A stretch of 64,000 bases of DNA from Haliotis cracherodii (taxonomy: Eukaryota): the NCBI RefSeq assembly GCF_022045235.1, contig NW_027266265.1, forward strand, positions 15,376,001-15,440,000. The letters run 5' to 3'. The translations under genes were made by a program, and so were the position numbers. Below are positions 52,200 to 64,000 of this stretch, piece by piece (position 1 is the stretch's first letter; each line of letters opens with the position of its first letter). Under the pieces are notes generated by a model. That model did not search any database. It saw only the letters and a list, made by a program, of their open reading frames with translations, and had not been told where the DNA came from.

Positions 52200-52815
52200 A
52201 ATAGGGAAAAGGGAAAGTATGACTGCATGTACGTCATGAATATTGGGTATTTCATCGTTATTATAAGGAATGTATGATTTCTTGAACATTGGGTATTTCA
52301 TCATTATTATAGGGAAAGGGGAAAGTATGACTGCATGTACATTTGGGTATTTCATCATTATTATAGGGAAAGGAGGAAGTATGACTGCTTGTACATTTGG
52401 GTATTTCATCATTATTATAGGGAAAGGGGAAAGTATGACTGCATGTACATTTGGGTATTTCATCATTATTATAAGGAAAGGGGAAAGTATGACTGCACGT
52501 ACATTTGGGTATTTCATCATTATTATAGGGAAAGGGGAAAGTATGACTGCATGTACATTTGGGTATTTCATCATTATTATAGGGAAAGGGGAAAGTATGA
52601 CTGCACGTACATTTGGGTATTTCATCATTATTATAGGGAAAGGGGAAAGTATGACTGCGCGTACATTTGGGTATTTCATCATTATCATAGGGAAAGGAGG
52701 AAGTATGACTGCACGTACATTTGGGTATTTCCTCATTATTATAGGGAAAGGGGAAAGTATGACTGCAAGTACATTTGGGTATTTCATCATTATTATAGGT
52801 AAAGGGGAAAGTATA
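52200..52815. repeat. 54-bp minisatellite, about 10 units
   Basis: Unit gaaagtatgactgcatgtacatttgggtatttcatcattattatagggaaaggg. Confidence 0.95.
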
Positions 52816-53746
52816 AGTATAATAACATCAATATTTTAAGGGAATACTAGGACAGGTAAAAAGAGGTGTTTATTCGTTCGTCGTGCTTGTCACCATTGGA
52901 TTCTGAAACAGCATGCAAAATGCGCTGTATGATCTCACTCGCGTCTCTCACGCCACGTATTCAAACAATATATCTGGGCGTGCCGCGGAGCATCAATGGC
53001 AGTGGGTTGTTAGACGTTCTAGCAGTAAGTCACAGTTGATATTCAATATCTCACAATCCTTCTAATTGTACCTTACGGTGTAGAAGATCTCTCCCACTGA
53101 TATGTCTGATATGCAGGAGCGCCCAGCATGCAGCATCACACGTGTTGTCAACATGTGCACACGCCCCCGCCGACTTAATCATGGACTAAAATATCCAGCA
53201 AACACACTCCAGATACACTTTGATTAAAAAAAAAAAGAAGCAACGTTACTATCACAACAGATTCAGCAAATTGCGTCTAGGCGAACAATTTTAAGTGGCG
53301 ACGGGGCTTTTTTCGCACTATACTCAAAACTAAACAGATTGTGTGAACAAAAGATCGGGCTGCTAAAGGTCTCAAGTGTTCCAACATATCTGCCATAGCC
53401 ACTCCGACTGGGGAGGCCTTCCTATTAATTTGAAAAATTGATCCTCCGGCATAACACTGTCGACCGTTCATTTCACTTGGATTGCCCTTAAGTTTATAAC
53501 ATACACTTATCTATAAACCTGAAATCAAAGGTGGGTTATCACTGCCAAGAACATACTCTGTGTCCCAGACCCTAGAAAAGAGATTAAAAAAAGAAACCTA
53601 CTTAAGTCCAGAATGGTTTTGCAAATTTAGATTGTTCATGGCCCCATTTGAATTTTGTAATTTATTTTGTAAATATATTTTAAATATGATAACTTTATTA
53701 TCGCAAATCTTAAATTACTCCGTTACAGCTATTTAACGATTGGGGT

Positions 53747-53908
53747 CACTCACTCACTCACTCACTCACTCACCCATCCACCCACCCACCCACTCACCCG
53801 CCCACCCACCCACTCACTCAAACACCCACCCACCCACACACCCACTCACTCACTCACTCATCCACCCACCCAAAACTCACTCACTCACTCACTCACTCAC
53901 TCACTCAC
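53747..53908. repeat. (CACT/CACC)n microsatellite
   Basis: Directly visible. Confidence 0.9.
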
Positions 53909-54658
53909 TGTACGTTAGATGAGAAGTATCCCTGAGTCTTGGTCTTATTAAATAGCAATTATATTGGGAGGTGTGTCTCACTCTTTGGTTTGATTTATGT
54001 AACTGCAACGATCAAATCAGATGTTCAGTGTTTCGCATCATTTCCTCTGTGGTAATTACAATACTTGCATAAAGTTGCGCAAGAACTTGGCATGTAACGA
54101 TGGTATGTAATTCTAATTACATCATTACCATGGAGAATGTTTTGCTTCTCTCTGACATAACATGTGTGTGCCTACAATGTTCCAGTACCTCATTTCCACG
54201 TGCTAAATAAACCTGGCAGAGGTTTAATTTCGTTTGTTACTAATATCATATACTCTATTTATTCGTTATAGAGAATATGCGCCACAAGTCCTATCCTACA
54301 CATGTACAACAGTACATTTGCATATTTCCACCGGTCTGTATGTGCGTATTACGTACGTATACGTGTTTTTGTGTGTGCGCGTAACATTTCGTTATAGTGA
54401 TCATATACACACAACACATATTACACCATCACCTAAGTAACACCTACTCACTACAACGAAATGATTATATATATCACAATGTGACCTGACAAAAAGTAAC
54501 ATTCTCCTGAGTGGCGCAGCGTTTACAGTGTCATTTTACAAGAAACGCTGATGTTATTTCCTTACTGTTCTACGTAAAATACAATGTACCGCCCTATCTA
54601 CCAGCACGCTTTCTCCATGTAAATCTCCTCTGATTTTCATTACCATACATCATCTATA

Positions 54659-54965
54659 TAAACAAGTGAAAACTGTGTTGAATAACATCTATTTTGTATT
54701 ACCACGTGTATATTACGCGACATTTACCTTACGTTGTATATAATGTAAACAAGTGAAAACTGTGTTGAATAACATCTATTTTGTATTACCACGTGTATAT
54801 TACGCGACATTTACCTTACGTTGTATATAATGTAAACAAGTGAAAACTGTGTTGAATAACCCCTAATTTATATTACCACGTGTATATTGCGTGACATCTT
54901 CCTTACGTTGTATATACATGTAAACAAGTGAAAAATGTGTTGAATAACCCCTATTTTGAATTATT
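54659..54965. repeat. 87-bp tandem repeat, about 3.5 units
   Basis: aacaagtgaaaa(c/a)tgtgttgaataac recurs at 54661, 54748, 54835 and 54923. Confidence 0.9.
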
Positions 54966-55284
54966 ACATGTCTATGGTTTACACCTGTGTCATATTAACA
55001 AGTAATAATGTGCTACATATTCAATTTCATAAAAAGAAAGAAATGATCACTGTGTAAAATATTCTATGAATGAAATTAACACAAATAACATGTGTAAATG
55101 TATTCAATGTAAATTATACAAATATTCTGCAAAGTAAGCATACAACTATATTTCATCTCGCGATCTGAAAATGTTGACATTTGATACTCGATGTTATTTC
55201 ACAAGAAACAAATGGCTTCTTTACACATTGTACATGTGTCAACGGACTTTATTATATTCGACGTTCCGAATATTACATAAAGCG

Positions 55285-55536
55285 TGAAGATTCCGGGTCA
55301 GACCTGGTCCCTAGCAACCTATGCTGGTCGAAAGAGGCGACTCAATGGATCGGGTAGTAATGATCGGTGCCTTGGCTGATGGTGTAACAACGTGCCCTGA
55401 GGGCGTGGATCTCGCTGCTCATGGTATCAACCCCTGGATTGTCTGGTCTAGACTGGACTTTTACAGGTCGCCAATATATTGCTGGGCGCGGTGTAAGACA
55501 ACACACACACACACACACACACGCACACACACACAC

Positions 55537-55575
<39 letters not shown>
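55285..55575 (+). mobile_element. Diverged family 3 element followed by (CA)n
   Basis: gtcgaaagaggcgact..ggatcggg...ctggattgtctggtctagact. Confidence 0.7.
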
Positions 55576-55576
<1 letters not shown>

Positions 55577-56975
55577 ATGTGTATACGTATATCTCTTTGT
55601 ATATACTAAATATGTATAAATATACTCTGTGTAGAATATGCCTTGTATTTTATCGTCTAAATGTCGTAACATAATAGTAGAATATTTACAAAGGTACTGA
55701 AAGCACTGCATATTCTATGTACATAGTTTTATAACATTGATAAATCAATAGTACGTTAGATAGCCCATGAACTCCACGTTAACTGCGAACATCTCCCGAT
55801 GTTACAGTATCAAACACGTATACTAGGTGACAGATCCCATATACTGCATAACAATACACTGTATACATATATAGCATTTAAAAATGAGCACTGTTGTATG
55901 TGAAATATCCCACATGCTATACATCAACGCCCAACCGTTTATTCTTTACATAGTTAGCAATACCCCCTAGAACATTGTGTAAGCGACATGTGGAAAAGAG
56001 TAAACAGGGCACAATACACGCAGTAGTAAAGTAGTAAACAGGTTGCCTAAAAATATGTAACAGTATATATGTATACAAATATGCTCCCATAAACACTCGG
56101 ACAAATATAAGTATTTTATATGTGCACATGTTGTAGGTCATCTGGAGAGAGAATCAATATATCGATTGTCGTCAGTACATTATTTATGACCCGTGAGAGA
56201 ACCCTTTGTGTTATGGTATTAGCCCGTTAACGAGTCTTCACTGGAGGATGCATGCACGTCGTACTAATTCCTGACGCCAGGCCTATTCTACCAAAGGTTA
56301 CACACAGAGATCAGCTGATGTTCTAATGAATCTCCCGCATAAAACAGGTGGAGATTATGACACATTACTATGAAACCATACGGAAGAACGAAAGGTTTAC
56401 AAATCTTCTTAATTGGGTTCTCAGAAACTGATCAGACATCAACCGTGTGTTCTGAAGTCCCTCTTGTAAGTGGACCCGTCCCAGCGTTAAGAAAAGCTCC
56501 TCTTGCAAGGAATTATCTCCATGCGCTTGTGTTAGGCGCCATAGCGTGGAAGTTGGGTTACACCTGTGTATCACTGGCTTATTGCTCCGTGTGTTTGCTC
56601 GGAAGAGGGTGCTGCCTTGCCAAAGATAGCCGAGTGCTACAGGATCGAATTTCTATGGCTGATGCAAAGAATTTGGCTATGTCGTTCTCGGAGATCCGGC
56701 CATGACGCAGAATCTGCAGTGAAGGAAATACTGGCTTCTTATTGGATGAATTGTTGTAGGTCATGTGATTTGTCCGATTCAATGTTGGTACACGGTCGTG
56801 GAAGTATGTTGACGACTCACAGCAACAGTTTGTGTAGTTCGTGTTGTTAATTGCGAATGTTCGTGACCGAGTTCAATAGAGGATGGTAACAGATCGAAGT
56901 GTTTTCGCTCAGTGAAACTTGCAAGGGCTTGTGTTTGTAACTGTTACTTATATCTCATATAGTGAACACTGGGAT

Positions 56976-57498
56976 ATGAGTGACCAGTATCTGAGCGTGG
57001 TACCCCAGAGTGGTACCACGACTAACACCCATTCCCGGTCGTCTTCTTTCAGAAATCGCCCCAGACCCAAACTGAGCCTTAAGATCGACTCCAGGCCTAG
57101 ATCGGACAGCGTGCCACAAATATATCTATCTGTTGCGGATTCTGACAACGACATCAGGACCGAAAATGCCTACGACGACAGCAACAGTGCACATCAAGGG
57201 GGAGGACTCTGCAGAGTCCGATCGTTCAAGAAGACATCCAAAGGGGTCTTAAACGTTGGAGACAAATTCAAAAGTAAAAGCACAAACAGTTTAAAGTCTG
57301 GTGGCAGTTTCATAAATCTACATGAAACTGACAAAAAACCGTCACGAACAACCAGTATGACATCGATGGACAGTGGGGCGTCATCAGCTCCATCTTTCTT
57401 CCGGGTCATGGTTCTGGGATCTGACGGGGTCGGAAAATCTACGCTTATTAGACAGTTTATGACGTCAGAGAACTTAGGACCATACGAGCCAAGAACAC
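56976..57498 (+). CDS. RGK-family small GTPase paralogue 2, first coding exon (downstream exons not seen in the window)
   Basis: MSDQYLSVVPQ...LCRVRSFKKTSKGVLNVGDKFKSKSTNSL...FRVMVLGSDGVGKSTLIRQFMTSE; donor AC|GTAAG at the same position and phase as in paralogue 1. Confidence 0.85.
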
Positions 57499-59390
57499 GT
57501 AAGTTGTTATGCATTGACAGGTTTTGGTTGTTTTTCTTCAGTCGAATTTAGAGTTTTACTTGCATTCAAATGTCAAAGCACCACCGACATCAGCCGTCAA
57601 AGGTTCATTACGTGCTGGTTGTAAACTATGACGTGCAGGTCAGTGGCATTTTGTCAAGCAAGGGAGATTGATAATCGTAGAAACCAAAGTGCATTTGCAA
57701 CATTTTTGAACGAACATAATATTATATATTTATGGTTCCAAATTAAAAAAGCTGACGTTATGTCACAGGACTAACATACACACACTTGATATAGCTTAAT
57801 AATTATCATGGAATCATGGTTATGAAAATTATTGTACAACCAAAAGGAGTCAATATTAGTGGACATGTATATCTACCAAGATACCCAACACTGCTGTCGT
57901 TCAGAGGATGTTTTATAGGGTAGTCATTTAGGTTCCCGAATGCAATAACGCATGTTGAATATTTCCAATTGCGATCGATTTGATGCAACAGTTGTGGAAA
58001 GAGATTTTATATTCCCACACACGTACAACAGGTGCATTAAACTGTATGTGATAGCCCCACACTTTACAGCAATATCGAACAAGCTAAAGCATGAATTATT
58101 GTAGCCAATGTAATAGACACAATTCAGCCAGACACCGGGGCAATATTGCTGTGACATGTATAATGCATTATTTATCTTCCCAATGTGCCTACAATCCTTG
58201 CGGAATATTCTGTGGTACTATATTGACATTGATAGCCAGATTTACACATTTATTTGACAGCGCCAGATTCTGAAAAAGGGTCGCTTTCCCCGATGGACGT
58301 CATATTTCCCAGTGGATATTTTATTTGACAAAGAGTTTAAAGGTTGAGGATGATATACTTTTCCTAAAACTCGTTATTCATTTCGATTTATTTTAAATGT
58401 TTCAAATAGTTCCTCATGCCTCTTCAAACATGAGGATGTGATTGGTATGTGTTCGAAAAAGCCTTGTCATGACCTTCGAAGGCAATTGCAATAATTATTT
58501 ATCGAGTTTTATTGTTATAGTATGTAGCCTAAATCCTATTGCATGCAGACATACCATTATCACATACGGTAGACCTGGTTGCAATTAGCCTCCCCCAGTA
58601 TGGAACTGGATAACCGTGTATTCATGAATATGAGCATTGCTCAATCTCTATTAGCCGTTCTACTAAATGGTAATGGCTTTATGTTCGTCGTCAGCAAAGA
58701 ATACCTTCTCAGTGGAATATTTTCATTCCATATACAGGCTGCCGGCATATAGCTGGAATACTGCTGAGAACGGCACAAACACTCACACACACAAAAACAC
58801 AAACACTCACACACACAAACACTCACACACACAAACACACACACACAAACACAAACACTCACACACTCACACACACACCATTAGTGTTTAAGAACTGCAA
58901 ACACGCGTCGTATTTAAATAGACACAAGTATAGTCAACCTACAAACGATATATATGCGTTTGTGTTGAATGTTGAAGCTACAGCTGATAATGTAAAGATT
59001 GTTTACAGAGTAAATACATACATCTAAATCTACTCGTGTGTCAGTTTAGAATCAGCACACATGGAAACATTGTGTTCTGTGAGTATTTGTTATACATACG
59101 TGTTTCGAGGGTTATTACTTGCGTCAATTCTGTCCATTATATAATACATGTTCAGTTAGGCCATGTTACGTCCAACTAGCCCTAATCGAGAAAACTATCA
59201 ACACATTCCATACATTGCTTCTGTTCAGCTGTCATTCCAATCAGGTTCAGGTATAGTGCTGTAACTCTTATGTATGCTTCTTTCTGACGAGCGAAAGCAT
59301 AAAAAAGTAGTAAGGAACAACTTCTTGGGCTGTACCAAAAGTGCAGAATAATATAATTGCTAATAGAATAAACGTATGCAGTGTACATTA

Positions 59391-59598
59391 AACCTAGATG
59401 CTATATTTTAAGAATTCTTCTAAAAGAAACTTCTAAAATCGCATTGTTTTAACATTTCCACAAACAGGCGTTTAATAACCCGTAATTCATACTATGACAA
59501 TGAACCTAGATGCTATATTTTAAGAATTCTCAACTTCTAAAATCGCACCGTTTTAACATTTCCACAAACAGGCGTTTAATAACCCGTAATTCATACTA
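59391..59598. repeat. ~110-bp tandem duplication
   Basis: aacctagatgctatatttt...cacaaacaggcgtttaataacccgtaattcatactat occurs twice. Confidence 0.85.
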
Positions 59599-60992
59599 TT
59601 GCAACATTGGTACAGGTCTATGCGTGCGGATCGGACTTTGACACTGATAGATACATTTTTACTTCTTTCGAAATATATGTTTGTCTATTCAATATAAGTT
59701 TGTTATTTTCATCAAGAGAACATCCTCTGGTGTGCTTGAAGCTTTAGGTCTTGGTTCAAATTACAGATTCGTCTTGGAGGACTGAGACATTGAGTGTACA
59801 TTTGTACCTTGAGTATCTTTCAACTTAAAACCCTTGAGACTGTGGATAATGTAAAAGAGTTCCATTGTGTTGAACATGCTCACTCACTCACTCACTCACT
59901 CACTCACTCACTCACTCACTGTTGATATTCTTGATATTCCCTATGATGACACTTTAGGCTTTGCTCACACATTCTGATGGTAAATAAGTTTTCAAAGCAG
60001 AGTTAACCCGACTCACTCACTCACTCACTCACTCACTCAGAGAATAAGCAACTGCTTATTTAATGGTGTAAAAAACCCAGAACATCCAACTATAAACACA
60101 CAAGAGACATCGTGTATATATCTGTTACAGCAGTACTTGTTACATATATTCGATTGAATAACATACTACTTGTATTTATTGCTTGCCCTGTTCAATAATG
60201 TATCAATATTCAATGTGTACATCCATGGTTAACCAAATGAAACAACATTAGTTCGTAATATGCTTTGTTAAACAGAAGAAACACTGTGTTTCACTAGAGA
60301 AGAATAATGGTTACCATGGCTTGTGAAGCCATTCTAAGAGCAAGTAATGTATATCTCGTAAAACAAATAACAGGAATGTTTGAAAGTCCTCTTTCGCGCT
60401 CCATGACGGCATTGTCTGAAGTACCTATTCCTATCCCACAGAGGGTACGCGAACAAATCTTGGGATAAGTTATATTTAAACTGTCAATGAATCAGAAACA
60501 CAACATAGAAACAATGTCGTCTGCCAAGTTGGACTTCCAGAGACGCCAACAGCATCATTTACTCTCTGACATGACATTTCCAAAGCTTAATATAGAATCG
60601 GGAGCGTGCACATCTTTTTGTGGGACAGGTGATTCAGAGGTGATGTTGTTTCCTTGTCTGATGTAACTTCTTTCTTTTGTCCTGTACATTCCATTGTGCC
60701 TACGCTGACACAGTGATGTAACTGTTCCTCTTGTTACATGAGCATATGTTTTTGATAAGTTGACTTGTGTTTTTATACTACCAAGAACTAAATATGTTTT
60801 GTCGTTTATTGTAAATGTTCATTGTCAAACGGCGTCTTATCTTTCTTTAGATTTGAACAAAGTGTGACGTAATTACAATTTCATTATTCGATTGGATCAG
60901 AAATATTTCACTTACAATTCTTTCATGACGTGTTTAGCAATATTCTAAAGACACCGAACCTACTGGGTTCCCCGAAACCTACAAGATATTAT

Positions 60993-61024
<32 letters not shown>

Positions 61025-61113
61025 TATTATTATTATGGTCCACTTTCATATTATCCACAGATCACCAGTCTCAAGGGTTGTAAGTTAAAAGATACATGTA
61101 CACCCCCCCCCCC

Positions 61114-61144
<31 letters not shown>

Positions 61145-61409
61145 CCCACCCCACACCCGGCCGCCCCCACTTATATAATGGATAGCATACATCATTTGGT
61201 TTGAACAACTATGCATGTGATTGTTGCTCTCAGAAGTAACAGCGAATGCGGTCGAAGAAAACAGGAATAACCTGTTCCACAGTCATGGCACTGAGTCAAA
61301 ACCTTACAAAAACTCCCGTATAGATCCGCTTTCAAGTCTGGCATCGCTAATGCGTCGTAGTCACGGAAATATTGAGGTTTTAGAGTAGCATATCTTGTTG
61401 CAGTTACTG

Positions 61410-61990
61410 AAATATCTAGTTGCGGTTAGTGAGTTGCAGTTAGTTATAGGTCCAATTGATGTTAGTGATACACACAGTTGATGTAAATGATATATCCAGT
61501 TGCTGTAAGCGATATATATGCAGTTGCTGTGATATATCCAGTTGATGTTTGTGATACACACAGTTGATGTAAATGATATATCCAGTTGCTGTAAGCGATA
61601 TATATGCAGTTGCTGTGATATATCCAGTTGATGTTAGTGATACACAGTTGATGTAAATGATATATCCAGTTGCTGTAAGCGATATAACCAGTTGCTGTAA
61701 GGGATATATATCCATTTTCTGTAAGTGATATATCTAGTTGCTGTAAGTGATATATCCAGTTGCTGAAATCGATATATCCAGTTGACGTAAGCAATATATC
61801 CAGTTGCTTCAAGTGATATATATATCCAGATGCTGTAAGTGATATATCCAGTTGCTTAAATCGATATATCCAGTTGATGTGATATATCCAGTTACTGTAA
61901 GTTCTGCATCAAATTGTTGTTTATATTATGTGCAGCTGCAATTCATACAGTATCCAGCTGTAGTTAGCGATATATGCAATTGTGTTTATG
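61410..61990. repeat. Degenerate ~21-bp minisatellite (gatatatccagttgctgtaag) with higher-order units
   Basis: Directly visible. Confidence 0.85.
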
Positions 61991-62049
61991 ATATATGCAT
62001 CTGCTATTAACGATAAATACAATGACGAGCAAGTCGTTAAACAACGACA

Positions 62050-62420
62050 CTGTCTCCATAGTGGATAGGGAGCTTCTACCCCGAGAGCGGAAGGGTCAGG
62101 GTTCGATCACCGGCTCCATCATAACCAGAGACGTTAAAATATGGTACTTGTTGTTACTCTGCCTGTGAGTCGGCATTAAGGCGACAAAACAAGGACTGGT
62201 AGGCTCGTAGTCAGTATACTGTGTCTGAGTGGAGACCTCATGTTAAAATGCGGCAGTTATCTCAGTGGGTTCGTGCTATATAACCGTTATAAGTCCGGAC
62301 TAGTACACGCAGACACACACAAACATGTGCGGACTAGTACACGCAGAAACACACACAAACACGTGCGGACACGTCGCTATGTTTGTGCAATAATATTGAA
62401 CACCCCAATTCACCTGACCT
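62050..62420 (+). mobile_element. SINE family 2 copy (diverged)
   Basis: gagagcggaagggtcagggttcgat...gacgttaaaatatggtacttgttgttac... Confidence 0.8.
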
Positions 62421-64000
62421 TGCTTGACAAACTATTGAGGCCTTTAATATGAAACGTCTCTTGATAAACCAATCAGTTTAAAACATTTATATATATCCGT
62501 AGATAGTATTGATTATTGGAATAGAAAGGCTCAATTGTAAAACCAAGCCATCCTGAAACGACTTGTCGTTAACACGTAGTTTTTGTGACAAACAACCAGT
62601 TACATGTTTGGAACACATTTTTTACTTTGAGTTCATGTCTTCCTATTCACACATGTTCAAATGTAAATCGCTCTTGACAAAATACGAGGTCTCGTATGGA
62701 GGTCTTTCAAGCCGAATGTATCCATACAGTCAAGTGCTTTACCATTTTAAATCGTAGATATTCGTATCTGTTACACTTTAGATACAAAATATACAGATTT
62801 ACTTAAGACTTGTTTACAATTCATCCGCATTGAAGAAGTGAAGTGTAACTTGTATGTGGGTTGAATCCTTAGAATACTATCCTCAAATGCTTTGGCCTTG
62901 GAAATGTGAACTTTACACAACACGACATGACAAAGTTGTACAAATTAAGATTCCCTAGTGGATGTAGGCGGCAGAGGCTTTACATCTGCTGATGAAGCAA
63001 TACATCATTTACAGACAAACCCCCCAGGCTCGGCCTAACGATCCATATTGTCCTGGTCACATTCAGGCCAATTGTAACCACTTAGGCCCAAGCTACAATC
63101 TGACTATTCACTCGGACAATGCCTAAGACTGACTAGAAAGCTGAAGACATGTTCTCCCTTCCAAGTAAGTCGACTGAAATCTCTTCTAATGAGGACTTAA
63201 TCTCGTTATGAACAGTCTTGGATCGATCTTAGGCACATGGTTTGAACACCGCTGCAGATTGATTACTTTGTCCGACACATGACCTTTGGAATGTATCCGA
63301 GAGGTGTTGTTTGGCACATCATCGTTTTAGTAAACTAAGCCTATGGGGTTGTTCTATAATTGTCGTATTTAGAATTATCGTTAATTGCGTATGTAGTGTC
63401 AATTGATGACACAATGCCAGGCAAAAGACGTATACACTTGAAAATTGGATTTGACCAAAATATAAACGTTATCAGAACGTTACTAGGCTGAACACAATCG
63501 CCGAAACACTGCAAACTTAAGGTCCAAAACATAACTATCACAACCCTATGAAATACCTTGGATAACCATTCATGTTCTTCTTTGTTTCATATTAAGCCAC
63601 CATCAAACATGGGTGTATACTTTCTTTATCCCGGCAGTTCATACTGATGTCGGGTGTAACTTTGGAGAAAACGAATCATATTTTGATCCCCTTATACTGG
63701 AACATTGTGCTTTACCTGATCCATCTGACACGAGGCTAGGCTGGTTATAATGTGTGACCTTCCGCTTGGCTTTCACTGAATACCAACTTCGTGGATCGTT
63801 GTCCATGATTTAAGTGTTATCTGAAAACAAGGGTATGGCCAAGTGGTCAGAGAAGATTGTGTCCTTTTGCTGTACGAGGAACCAATAATCATTGGTTTTA
63901 ATTTCGCCATGATGGTGCACTTTCGTACGTTAGCACTAGACCAATGCAAATGAGTGTTGTTTAACGATTTTTGTTAGTTATGTCACAGCGTGTAAACTTG

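Noticed and set aside
52107-52839. Long ORFs (227, 189 and 155 aa) in three frames
   Set aside because: Artefact of a 54-bp minisatellite lacking stops in those frames; no other gene features.
61361-61812. Repetitive ORFs of 66-116 aa
   Set aside because: Translations of a minisatellite.

Overview
Intron-rich, SINE-dense animal genomic DNA, most likely a mollusc (the SINE families suggest a gastropod such as abalone; this is inference). The core is a minus-strand tandem cluster of five omega-class glutathione S-transferase (GSTO) units. Two are intact 5-exon genes of 238 aa each: A at 17120-25435 (active site CPYA) and B at 29550-35782 (CPFA). The others are an orphan exon 4+5 module (C, 43225-44363) and two pseudogenes (D, 12139-14820; E, 4850-8223). 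Two divergently oriented RGK-family (Rem/Gem/Rad-like) small GTPase paralogues flank the cluster (104-1351 minus; from 56976 plus). The most unusual structure is in GSTO intron 2: tandem arrays of a ~71-bp unit copied from the gene's own exon-2/intron-2 junction, i.e. the catalytic-cysteine codons ([15 protein letters not shown]) plus the GT(G/A)AG splice donor. These arrays occur in four paralogues, are youngest next to the exon in A, and in B preserve CPY where the exon now reads CPF. The remainder is four SINE-like families, remnants of R4/Dong-like and other LINEs, MULE, Merlin and mariner, a pogo-type MITE, Penelope-type palindromes with hammerhead-like cores, and mini/microsatellites.
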